From Chlorokybus atmophyticus (taxonomy: Eukaryota; Plantae; Mesostigma and Chlorokybus algae): a stretch of 64,000 nucleotides of DNA. The notes under the pieces are model-generated. The model was not told where the DNA came from. It saw nothing but the letters and a program-made list of their open reading frames with translations, and did not search any database. Every line of letters starts with the position of its first letter. Positions within the stretch are counted from its first letter, which is position 1. A program made the translations under genes and the position numbers. The stretch spans positions 62,001 through 126,000 of the forward strand of contig RHPI01000008.1 in the NCBI GenBank assembly GCA_009103225.1, in the 5' to 3' direction. This document shows, in pieces, positions 11,450 to 23,334 of this stretch.

Positions 11450-13115
11450 TAGTATAGTGAGGTCGCAGTGGTGCCTAGACACCCTTCTATATAAGCATCG
11501 GACACCCTCTGGGTGTCTACCGGCCAGTCGAGTCAGGGATGTCAAAAGTCCCTTACTAACTGTGAGTTACAGATATCTATTTTATAAAATCGATATCACA
11601 TTTTGTGAGTGGTAGCGAAGATGTCAACGAACTGGCGGTCTCCTGTGCGCGCTGGTCAGCTGCTGCAGGGCGGTGGGGTTGGGGCGGCGACGGTGGCGGC
11701 GGCGGCGGCGGCGGCGGCGGAGGAGGAGGAGGAGGAGGAGGAAGATGAGGAGAAGCAGTAGTAGTAGCTGATTGCGGCGGCTGTGGCTGTGGCGGTGGGT
11801 TTTTCCAGGCGGCGGCGCAGCGGCTGCGAGCCATCAGGAGCTCGCAGTTCGGGAGCTGCAGGAGCCGGCCTAGCGGCGGCGGAGTCGGAGCTGCTGGAGG
11901 CGCCTGAGCGCCAAGTCCAGCAGCTTCAAGTAAGTTATGTAGCAACTTATGTTGGTGGAGTTGTTCAAGTTTCGGTGAGTTATGTTGGTCTATGATACAG
12001 CGGTTTTGTGTAAATCAATTAATAAATGTCTTCTTGATTTTGTTACGTGCGCCTATTTGTGTGGTGTGTCGGTTGGTTAGACGTATGCGCGTTACTGTGT
12101 GCGCGCATGTAGTGTGTGGTGAGTGTATGCATTGTGTGTGCGCATGTTGAACAACACTTTACCGTTTCACAACAACATTGACGACATGACAGTGTGCAGG
12201 TGTTGCTGGAGAGGCAGCTGCTGCAGGTGAAGGAGGAGTTGACAGCAGCGTGGGGCGGTGCTCAAGTCTCAAGGGGGTTGCGCACTCTAGCATCGCACCA
12301 CCACCATGCACGAGGTTCGTATTCACTTGAACACATCAACAGCACGCATTCACGTTGGCACAAATGCGTGAAGACAACAACAAACAGACACACACACACA
12401 GCAACAAACAAAAACATGTACATGCGCACGCATTATGCACAACAACAAACTGAACCAGCATATTTAGTTATTGTTGTCATCCTAGGGCTGCTTGGTCTGT
12501 GCAGCAACAACAACAACAATAATAACATTGTTAACAGTGACATTGTGCAGGTGCCGGTGCTGGAGAGTCAGCTGCTGTAGGCGAAGGGGCTGGCACGCGT
12601 GGGCATACGCGCGGTTATGTGTATATAGTGCTTACACAGTACACCTCTGTGCCTTTACTCCTTACCATAGGCATTGATGCTTGCGAGTTGCGTAGATGGC
12701 TAGCCAAGGTAACTGACACTATTATGTTGCGCTCTGCTATATGCAATGCAACATCATGTGATAGTTGCTAACGTCAATTGCTGATTGTTAGCATCGTTGT
12801 TCATGCGGGCACTGCGCTTGCGCCATGTGTGGAGGTTGGTTTCGGCAGTCAGCATCAGCGGCGACGCGCCTGCTCCCTTGTTGTCATCGCTGCAGCACTT
12901 GCCAAGCCCTATTGTTGCTGCATCGCAGCATCATTACCATCAACACAAGCACAACCCGCTCAAAGGATGGAGCATGCTCCCCGTTGCGGCAGCCGCGCTG
13001 TGTTCTTCACCATCGCAAGTAAGAGCCATTTGTTTAAGCAATACAATATACATGATGTCACGTGCACAATGTTGGCGTGACATGTTCATGAGGTGAATGG
13101 CATTGACTATTGCAG

Positions 13116-16100
13116 GCAAGTACGAGCGGCGAGGAAAGTGACGCAGAGACACATGTTGACGACGATGCCCGTCAACAAGAAGAAACTATTGCGCGCAGCA
13201 CGCGACCACTCAACATTGATGACCTGCTTAAAAGAAAGCAGACGCAACGCCCAAAGAACACAAGTAGCAAATATGATCGCGGTTTGAAACAATATAGGGT
13301 GAGTTACATATGAATCTGCATTTGTATACTCTTTGGCTATGAAGACGATTGAGATCATTGCAATCATGCAAGAGTGGTGCTCACAGCAACAGCTCCATGA
13401 CGGATTGAGGTGGGGAATGTAGAGAAGTTCATGCTGGCACATCAGCACTGGAAATGGAGTGTGCTAGAGAACATCATAAAAAGCGTGCAAGATGCGGCAA
13501 AAGACCAGGCAATGAGGGATGGGCATGGAACTAGTCCTCTCGATTGTAGACGCAGCCCCATTGTAAAGCAAGTGCTTAGTGATGTGAGGCGCAGCATCAG
13601 CGAGATAGCCAAAAAGTAAGTGTAGTCCGGAGCATGCACATGTTGAATTGATGTTGCCACAAGAATGTGCACTGAGTAGCGATGATTGCTCAGGGAGTTT
13701 CATGACCGACTAGCCGGCACTGATGCTGAGGGCTACACTCAAGAAGACTACTGCAACATGAATGAGTACTGGCTTCGCAAAAGCGCTAACACCAGCAACC
13801 AGTTGAAGCAAGCCGCAGCCTTAAATGCGCGGTATGAATTGACTGATGAGTCGCAAGTGATTGTGTTGTAACCCAACAAAGGTTCCCTAATATGTGGTGT
13901 GCAACAGCTTGGATCTGGTATTGCGCCACACGTGCATTTCAAGAGGGGACGTTTGTCGAGCTGCAGAAGAATGTGACTTCTACAAGTATGACGTCCCTGT
14001 GGAAGTCTTGGGCCCAGATCACGGTGTCATGCTCTGTTTTGTCTCGCGGAATGGCAAAATGAACAAGGTGAGATCTTAGATACTATCAATCAATTTATGT
14101 TGACACCGTGTATGTCATAAACTACTGTCTGTTGCTGTTGCAGAATGGCAACGTTGAGTACTTTGGGGGCCTGCGCAATTGGAACCTAGTCATTGATCTT
14201 CACAATACTTTGGCTTTCCATTTCTTCTACGAGTATCATATTGCTCGTGCGTCATTCCCTGCTTCTGAGACTAGCCAATTATGGTGAGCTAGTCTAATAT
14301 TTTGTGGTGGTTGTCATGTTGCTGTTATTATGGGTGCCTTAATCGAGTGTTGATGTGAAATGTAGGTATGGGACACATGTGTTTTCAAGCATGAAGCCAG
14401 GTGACCCCATTACCTACAGGCAACAGTGGCAGCGACAGCGCGAGGTCAATGGAGCATGCAAGATTGTCACAGGAACCACTTGCGTGCATGCTGCGCGCAA
14501 GGGGTCTGCGCAACAAGCTATCAATGCGGGGTACGTCGTACATGTTGAGCTAATAGAACATGTATAAAAGCATGATGTTGTCACAAGTGCTTTACGTGTT
14601 TGTTGAGTATACATGTATACATGCAGGGCTTCTGAGGATGGCGTCAAACAGAATGGTCGTTGAAATAACGACCATTTTAACAAGTCGTACTGTACACAGC
14701 TACATGTGGCAACGTGTGCAGTAGTGGCTGGATACGGACCTCGTAATCACGAGTCAAAACATGTGCTGGCTCGATCGCGGTTTACATTGCCAGATTCCAT
14801 GCGGAAGCAAATCTTTCCTGACCTTGACAGACGGTTTGCTGAAGTATTACAGGTATGTCATTAGCAACGCGCGCATGCGCATGTATGTGCGTACACATGC
14901 GCGTGCATGTGTAACTTGTGCGTAACATGAGTGTAACGTGTGTATTGTGCAGCGCAACTTTGAAGGAGAGGTCAAGGACCTGGCAGCGCATAAGCATCTT
15001 CAGTGTTGGACTATTTTCGGGACGTCATTGCTCAGGTATGCACATGTGATCGAGCAGGTGACATAAGCTGTGCATAAAATATGCCCTCGTTGTTTGCAAC
15101 AGGATGTAGCCATCATGCGCAGCGGTAGAGTGCAATTGATGGGTGCTAGCATTCTCGGTCTTGATGCGCTGGCGATTTGCCATCATGACATTTTCAACAA
15201 CCCCGAATTTGACGAATGGGCAACACCCGTCATCACTGCGCACAATTTATCCATGCAAGAGGAACGAGCCGAAAACCAACACTTGCCTGATCGGGTAAGC
15301 ATATGTGTGCATTTCAACATAAGTAGATGCTCGAGTATATGACTTGTGTTGCTTTTTATACTGACTTGAAGCATGTTCACAGTTGGCTTTGATCTTGCAA
15401 GGGAGCTATGCACTGTCAACAACGATTTCGGATCGCATCGTTGATGTGGCGAGCAAGGTACAACGCTTGAACTCTATTGTGGAGACGGGATTTGCAGAAA
15501 TCAAGACACAACTGAAGGTGGTCGTGTCTCTCATTGAGAATCTGCACAACGGCCTCAACATTCCCCTGCCAAGGAAGTTGCTATCATCCCCAACTCCTAC
15601 TTCCCCTGATATCACAAAGTCACCTTCACGCAAGCGAGCACGCGCGAACGAGCCAAAGCCACACGAGGACGCAGCCCCGTCTATTTTAACCGCAGCACAT
15701 GTTGCCACATCTGTGCCTATCAAGTATCAAATGAAGTTAAAGCTGCCAACGGTTGCAGCTGTTTGGAAAGAGTACAGCGAGGGGATCGACGGTGGTCCTG
15801 CTGTGCGCGAGTTGGATGCAAGGTTCAAGACCACATGGCGAGCCGGCGACAACAGAATGAAGACGCACTATGGCAAGTGCAACGTCTTGTACAAAGCCAT
15901 CAAGGAGATGGCAGTCAAGGAGGGTATAAGTGAAGAGGAGGCAGCGCAGCGATTGGATCCTGCTGATCCTGCTGATCCTGCTGTGCGCGAGTTGGATGCA
16001 AGGTCTAAGACCACATGGCGAGCCGGCGACAACAGAATGACGCACTATGGCAAGTGCAACGTCTTGTACAAAGCCATCAAGGAGATGGCAGTCAAGGAGG

Positions 16101-16243
16101 GTATAAGTGAAGAGGAGGCAGCGCAGCGATTGGATCACATGCGTGAGCAACAGCAGAAGCCTTGTGGCAAGAGTTTTCGACCATTGACTGTTGCAGAGTT
16201 GATTGATATGTTACGGCCAAAGCACAATGCTGATAATGCTTAG
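13116..16243 (+). pseudogene. Multi-exon Crypton tyrosine recombinase (NDC10-II-like) with C-terminal GCR1_C domain; degenerate
   Basis: Exon peptides RPKNTSSKY, HDRLAGTDAEGY, RHTCISRGD, NGKMNK|NGNVEYFGGLR, VHAARKGSA, GR*NND..KSY, IFPDLD and LPTVAAVWKEYSEGIDGGPAVRELD..TTWR. GT-AG introns; at least two frameshifts and a TGA at the GRW position. Upstream exons are unresolved. Confidence 0.85.
15795..16137 (+). repeat. In-frame tandem duplication (about 180 bp) within GCR1_C, with GATCCTGCT x3 at the junction
   Basis: PAVRELDAR(F/S)KTTWRAGDNRM(K)THYGKCNVLYKAIKEMAVKEGISEEEAAQRLD occurs twice. Confidence 0.95.
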
Positions 16244-16349
16244 TTGATATCATGTGCTTGCGAGGCTCTGCACATGTGCGCATGTGCACATGTGCGCATG
16301 CTTTGCCATGCTCCGGGAATTTGCTCTAAGGGAACACTACCGTGAAATG

Positions 16350-16900
16350 ATTATATATATACACATGTAATTATATCCGGGTACATATTGGATGTACTGC
16401 GTACGTGTATTTTGGGACACACACGCGCGCACATGCCCGCGCACACACGCACGCACGCATTCACATACGTATGTATGCAGATCCGCACCATATGAAAACT
16501 TGTTGCATATTGATTATGTATATATACACTTGTATGCTTACATGTATACATATATATATATATACACACATATATGTATATACATATATACTATATATAC
16601 ATTGAATGTATATATACATTGAATGTATGTATACTATATATATGTAATGTATATATACATATATGTATATATGTGTATATGTACATATATACATATATGT
16701 ATATATGTATATATGTATGCATATATGTATATATATACATATATGTATATATATACATATATGTATGTATATATATATGTACATATATGTATACACATAT
16801 ATATATATATATGTATGTACATATATGTACAAATGCATATATATACATATATGTATTTATGTACATATATATGTATTGTTTTATGCGAGGTATATGCTAT
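16350..16900. repeat. Complex (TA)/(TATG)/(TACA) microsatellite
   Basis: Directly visible low-complexity tract. Confidence 0.95.
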
Positions 16901-17173
16901 ATGCCTTTTGATGTAATTTACACGTTGGTCGGCGCTCGCCCTCGTCGGCGCTCGGCGCTGCCCTCCGCCGACGCGCGGTCAGCGCGGTTAACCGCGCGGC
17001 CGGCGGGGTGCCGGCCGCGCGGCTCGATCCCCGGACTATGCCGCCGGTCGCGACCCCGCGGGTGTCCAGAGCCCCGGGCCATGTGGCTCCTACTGCAATG
17101 TTTGCTGGGTTTACTGGATTCCCTGGATTTATGTGAAAATTTCCTCAGCAAAACCCAGGTGGGTTTTTGTGTT

Positions 17174-17185
17174 GGTGGGGAGGGG
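17174..17185 (+). promoter_or_regulatory. Polypurine tract candidate
   Basis: GGTGGGGAGGGG, separated from the 3' LTR by an unusual 11 nt (CTTCTCACAGC). Confidence 0.65.
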
Positions 17186-17196
17186 CTTCTCACAGC

Positions 17197-17818
17197 TGTG
17201 GGTACCAGACGGGTGCCCGGCAGCCAGACAGTGACCAGGCCGCGTAGTCCAATCACGACACAACGATGAAGACCGTGCGCGGAGCGTGACGACCGTGCGA
17301 TGAAGACGGCGAGGAGGTGCTGCATTAACGGCCAGTAGGTGTTGATGTAGTTAATATAATGTTGGTTATTTATTTAACCATGTGATCGCATAATAAGGTA
17401 GTTAGCCACGGGTCTTACTGCAGGAAATGGCTGTAAATAGCTAGGGAAGATGCCCTAGTGTGGCTATGCTAGCATATACTAGTTGCATTATTAATCAAAC
17501 AGTGGTTAATAAGCTTATTTGTTATTGCATGCCTAGCTGGATAAGACCAGTGACAAGGGTATAAGAGTAGTTCGGCGGCTCACTGGTAGGCAGCCCGGGA
17601 GCCGCCTTCTCTTCAAGCATCTTTAATACCAGAATGACTTCTGAAACTTGAGTGAATGATGCATGGCGTGCTTATGTGAATGTCACAATTTCACAATGAA
17701 TTTTGCTCATTGCCTCCCCGGGTGGGCATGAGCTGTGTGTGCTAATACGTTCGGCGCACAGGCCACGTGGATGACGGTGGTGACTGCGCCTCTACCGGTC
17801 ACCCACCGGCTTCTCACA
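17197..17818 (+). repeat. 3' LTR
   Basis: TGTGGGTACC...GGCTTCTCACA, followed by the GACT duplication. Confidence 0.93.
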
Positions 17819-19500
17819 GACTGTAACCAGGCAGTCCTGGCCGCGAGACACGGACCTTGCATGGTCCGCGGGGTGAAAGGATCACAGGGTAAGTGTTGGC
17901 AAGTTCGGACAGTTACCATATTTCGGACAGTTGCCACCCAGAAGCGCTTGAGGCGGGAAAAGTTTTGGTGGCATCGGGCAGCCAAAAAGGGGAAAACTCC
18001 GCATAGGGGAGGGGGAAAGGGAGAAAATCCGAAAAACTCCAAGCACTTCATGATGCTGTACGCTGACGTTGATGAGCTTTCGCTCATAGGACGGCTATCG
18101 TATCACCGCGCTTGGTGCGCAGTCACGTCATCTACTCGGTTAAGTTCGCTGTTAACGCGTCTTCACGTAAATAAGTGAGTGCGTGCATAATGTTTACTTT
18201 TGTATCACAACACAGAGATTACAAATGTAGAGTTCACTCCAACACTTTTCAAGTTGATATCATTAACTATATGCATATAAACACGCATTTTTACATAACC
18301 AACACGACATGATGACGGCATAATGTGCATATATTAATAATATCTATTTGCAATAATACTAATATTGTTTATAGATGCAAGTACTCATATGAGACATGTA
18401 AAGCTGCGTTTATTGTACAAATAGCGTATACATCTGTGTATATCGTCATCAGATAAGACATGTAAAATTGCGGTTATTGTATACATTATATCACACATTT
18501 GTGTATATCATACCCACGCACGTCATGCATATATGCATGGCATGCATATATACTTGTTCAGTTGTACATGTACGCGCAAATTATGTTTGTTTCACTTTTT
18601 ATATAATCATCATCATTAAATAAGTCAATGCGTACATATATAATTGTACATGTACCGCATTTGCCCCATTCGTGTGACGATGCTCGTGCCTTGTCACCTG
18701 TGAGTTGGTCCAATCAACAACCCTCGCACCAAGACACGGTATTCACACCGGAACCTTGCCCCCTCTGCCAAGCACACACGCGCGCCTCGCCACTCGCGTT
18801 TGCACACGCATGCGCTCCAAGCTACACACCAACTCGTGTAGCGCCTTGGATCGTCACACAAGCAAGCACATACCAGTGGACACACGCTGGCAACCCCTGC
18901 TAACCACCACCAGGCTTGCACACAAGAAACTAGGGAGCTAAAGGTTGTATTGCAAATTGTAGAATGTCACTTTTATACCTACCAGTCTGCACGTGCTACT
19001 ATCTCGACGATTCTAGCGCTAGACGGAACTAGAAGCTAAGATATTCTTGCAGAATCTTGTAGTACACTTCTAGACCTTTCCGACGCACCAAAGATCTTCT
19101 CATTTGCTGCTCATATGGTCAAGTTATACTACTCGGCGCCAGGCCCTTCCAGAAATCTGGTCGAGCCCTTCTCGACTGGCCCTCCGTTTTCTGGCGTCTT
19201 CCAGACGGCCCTAGGCCGGTCGATATCTGCGGCAGACTCGAAACTCGCCGATATCCGCCACAAGTCATGAAAAACATGGTATCTCACAAATAAAGGCCTA
19301 AAATGGCCATGAAAATCACGAAATTTGGCCTTGACTGCTACAATTCGAGTTCCTCAAGTCACCCCCCACCCCCCCTCCTCTCCGGCTTAGGTTGAGATAC
19401 TGGCTTTCCATTGGTAGGAGAATGCATGCAGAGGGGAAGGGGGAAGGGGCTGTTCGAGGTAAATACTCTCCCTCTGTCTGTCTCTCCCTCTCTTTTCAAA

Positions 19501-19501
19501 G

Positions 19502-19590
<89 letters not shown>
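19501..19590. repeat. (GC)n followed by (GA)n microsatellite
   Basis: Visible directly. Confidence 0.95.
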
Positions 19591-19593
<3 letters not shown>

Positions 19594-21989
19594 CATGTGT
19601 GTGCTTGTACACATAAACACATGTGTGTGTGCATTAAAATATGATTGATTACATGTATATTATATGTTTATGAAGCAATGATTATCTCACGATATATGCA
19701 GTGAACATATACATATTTGTATGCCACCTTTGTATACATGTCCATAAGTTGAATGTATGCTAACTTAACATGCATTGGTAAGCTTGTTTGTGCGTCACTT
19801 TCAACACTTGCTGTTGTATTTCACTCTTGCTGCCTACCGACTGCGATGGCAACACATTCTTTGCATGCCACACGGTGTCTCGTCCTGATGCTGCTTTCTC
19901 CATCACGGAAAGGGGCCTCAGCCTCGCAACCGCGAGCAACGTTGATACCGCATATGAACCAACAGTTCAGGTCTAACAGCAAATGCGCCTCTTTTTTCTG
20001 ACTACTTTTAATTCAATTCAGTTTGACAGCGGTTGTTATTGGAAAGGTTCATGTGGCATATGCTGTAAGTAGTGGTTGTTCTATTTCAGCCATGCCTGTA
20101 AGAACTTGCCTTAAGTCGCTCACTCACCATTATCATGTGCTCGCACGTGGTATCTGCAGCTGCATACATTATTAATGAACCTGCAAATTGCCCTAACCAA
20201 GGCTCTTGGCCATTAACACACCCACCTTAGTCTTTTACTCGGTGGACAGCACCGCAGGACCGTCCGTGCTATGGCAAAGGTTTCATAAGCACTCCGGCAA
20301 GTCTTAATGAGTGTTGAACAGCAAGTAGCTGTTGTGGAGTATACTGTACGCAGAGCACAAGGTGTCTGCTATTAAATTTTTAATCTTGCCGATTGGCTGT
20401 TGAAGAAGCACAAGGACTCTGCCAGGTAACTACCGCCATCATCCAATAAACCAACTTGATAACCGCTGCGCATGTGTTGTTGTTGTTGGGCAAGCCGTTC
20501 TGATTGTCTGGGCGGTGGTTGGTTTGTGCTGAAATGTTAAGGAAAGAGACGCTGAGGAGGTGCTTCTCTGAGGCACAACATGTAGCGCGCATTGCTCATA
20601 TACCTCCAGTCAGCAACACGGGATATGTGGATTGCTTGCATCAAGTGCCTGTGCGCAGACAGATACGGTCCGCAAGATCGTCAGCAAGCATGGATGCAAG
20701 GCGCAAGTGTTGGGTAACTAATACGCGGTTGCACAGCCCCTTACTTGCAACTTTGGCAGCTTACACAGCTACATGGCTACCACCACCGCAGTCTCTTACT
20801 GCAGCGGAAAGCGGGTAATGGATGGCGTGGCGGTGTATTGCATTGTGTGTTGTGCGGTGACGCTTGCCGGCGTTGCGCTGCGTACAATGTTATCCCGGAG
20901 TTGACTGGGATTCCCCTTCAAATTACAACTCCCTCTCCAGGAAGATGAACGGGAGGTGGTTGTAGAAAGGTGTGACTGGGTGCAGTGGGTCCATGTGTGG
21001 CTGACGATATGCATGGTCTATGATTAGCGTCTGTGTGGGGTGAGCAGAGTGAGCGTGTGATGATGTGACGAGCCTGGTGTGATTACCGATAGTGAGCGCA
21101 TGGCGCTGTTCTGTTGGACCTCATGTACATGTGTACACTGCCGACGTTGATTGCTCGAGGATGGCAACACGCGCACGCACACTGCCACCGTACCATACCC
21201 CTTATATACATTTGCGCTGACGTGGCAAGCATATATTGGGCAATGTGCATAACACATCACATGCACCCAGTTCAATACCGTAGAGCAACTTGCATGTGCC
21301 AACCATAAAGCAACACAAGTTTAAGTTCTATGACCACTGACGGCGCTCTTGACAGCGCTCCTTGCGCGTTAAGCAAAGATTTCCCCATCCTTTCTCCCAA
21401 GTACTCCTTCACTCAACTGCACCCCTACGTACAATGGACGCGTAATCCACACCTTCACATGACATGTTCATTCTCCAAACAACGATACACAAAAACATAT
21501 GGGTGCGCATAGAGTGTACCGCTAACTACCATGCTGTCACAAGCTACACCCACACGCGCAGGCATGCCACCCCATGTCGCAAACCTCATCGAATCCCTGG
21601 CATCACCGCTAAGAACCGATACTGTCGTCACCACATCTGCACATCAACATGCACCCATGAACACCCTTTCATTCATGGTGGTTATTGAGAAGTCCGTAGC
21701 GAAGAGGAACACAACCTGTGTTGTTGGCAATGATGGAAGGGTGCATCAATCCACCAGCCATGCTCGCCACGATTACTATGATGAGCTCGTCCTCCTTCAT
21801 GTGGAGCTCCTTTTGCTTCGTTTTTCTCCTCCACATCTGCAGCTATGAAGCAAAGTACTGCAACAGCAATAGTAAACTGACTGCATCACACAGCATCGTC
21901 ACAAGCACATGTCAAGCGAGGTACACACGCGTACCAACATGTGCATCTTGGGCGGCCGCCTCCTGTGCAAGTGCCTCCGCCGCAACATA

Positions 21990-23100
21990 GCGTTCACCTT
22001 CTGTGAGCACGCAATGATGTAGTAATCTAAAGGTGCTCCCTTATCAAGAGTCTCAGTTAACATCCACAGCAATTGGTTTGCACTAACCCTGGTCGTGAAC
22101 CGAAGTCGAGTCGCTTCTTTTGAGGCAAGTCTTTCTTCCAACTCCTCAGCTTGTGTGCGAAACTGTCTGTGCGTGCCGACATTGCGTTGTTCATCGGCTA
22201 TGAACAGGCATATGCGAGCACGCAACCTTCCATCTCGGAGCTCAGAACTCGCGGGAACTTTAGCACGCACCATACCATCGATCTTTGCCTCAATCTCGCC
22301 TGCACTGCGCACAAGTCTAGCGCCATACACGATGGCCCCAACATCATACGCATCAGAATAGTCCAACGCAGCTTGCAGGCCGTCATACACCGCGGAATGT
22401 TCATTCCCGCGAACAGTCTTCCTGTTCCATGATTCTGGATTGCAGGTTGGGGAGGGTGCCTTGCCCCAACAAGCGGCACGTACGATCCTCCATGTTGCAC
22501 CTTTGAAATCTCCCAAATTGCAGTGCCATCACCCCCCAGTGGCGTGATGGCACTATATCCTGAATACCGCTGAAATCTATCAAAATCTCCTTGCGACTCC
22601 CATCGTTCAGTTGTGACGGTGTCCTCCGTGTGGATGTACACGACCTTTTCGTGCTGGCCTTCACGACGGATCATCAAAGAGCTTGCTGCTGTTGCACCAT
22701 AACCTGCAACACTAAACTTAACGAATATGACCCACAGGCTGCATCACATCAAAAACCTAGATCACCTCTTGTGAGGAGTTCATCAACTTGGCCTTCGGTC
22801 AACATGGTGGTCCCATCCGCTGCAATGACCTGTTACGTACATACATGTGTGATGGCGTTGATGGAAACAAGCTTACAACTCGTTGTGGCATATGCGCACG
22901 AGGTTCATTCATTTTCAGCAAGTACTTCACGGTTTGCATCTCAATGTCACCTCCAATAAAGTCACGTCCGTCGTCGCAGCGAGGTCCCCTCCTTGGCCGC
23001 TGCACAAAGCATGTCCAGATCGGCATCCTTTTCTACCAGGACCCTGTCTGGCAGATCAGTTGCGTGATTTCTCCGGACCCACACAACCGCTTTGTTGGCA
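21990..23100 (-). pseudogene. Degenerate coding region, possibly Crinkler(CR)-like (ubiquitin-like header plus nuclease-like C-terminus)
   Basis: Peptides KAVVWVRRNHATDLPDRVLVEKDADLDMLCAAAKE, FDRFQRYSGYSAITPLGGDGTAIWEISKVQHGGSY and EIEAKIDGMV..ICLFIADEQRNV, broken by frameshifts. Family call is by recall only. Confidence 0.3.
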
Positions 23101-23334
23101 TTCCTGAACGCGCATCACAACAACGCCACATGCACAGCACCTTTGAGAAAGAGCGTACACGCACATGCACTTGCATGGTTAATCAACTTCTTGTTCACCA
23201 CGTGCGTTGCTTTGCGAGCGGAATCCCTGAACGCGCATCACAACAACGCCACATGCACAGCACCTTTGAGAAAGAGCGCGTACACGCACATGCACTTGCA
23301 TGGTTAATCAGCTTCTTGTTCACCACCTGCGTTG
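23098..23334 (+). repeat. Tandem duplication of an approximately 123-bp unit
   Basis: CCTGAACGCGCATCACAACAACGCCACATG...CTTCTTGTTCACCAC occurs twice, starting near 23103 and 23226. Confidence 0.9.

Larger units (their letters stand above)
11561..16922 (+). mobile_element. Crypton-type (CryptonF-like) tyrosine-recombinase DNA transposon nested in the Gypsy element
   Basis: Contains a YR+GCR1_C gene. No TIRs; bounded by TGTGAGTTACA (11561-11571) and TGTAATTTACA (16912-16922). Boundaries are inferred. Confidence 0.65.
1930..17818 (+). mobile_element. Ty3/Gypsy LTR retrotransposon, 15.9 kb including nested insertions
   Basis: Two 618-bp LTR cores with about 16 substitutions and no indels (counted by eye). 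TG...CA outer ends; GACT on both flanks (1926-1929, 17819-17822; AGACT also fits). PBS, PPT and gag-PR-RT-RH-INT domain order are present. Confidence 0.93.

Noticed and set aside
11561-16922. YR gene as the retroelement's own integrase (DIRS/Ngaro-Gypsy hybrid)
   Set aside because: It keeps sense-strand introns, has its own candidate ends, and the Gypsy has a full DDE integrase and a target duplication; a nested Crypton is simpler.
16912-17194. A separate TG...CA solo LTR immediately upstream of the 3' LTR
   Set aside because: No target duplication, and it contains the element's PPT; better read as the Gypsy 3' internal region ending in the B1 motif.
16392-17269. YI/CI-rich ORFs
   Set aside because: Translations of the TA microsatellite.
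17826-19350. Repeat-like non-coding DNA, possibly transposon termini
   Set aside because: No paired ends or coding remnants identified.
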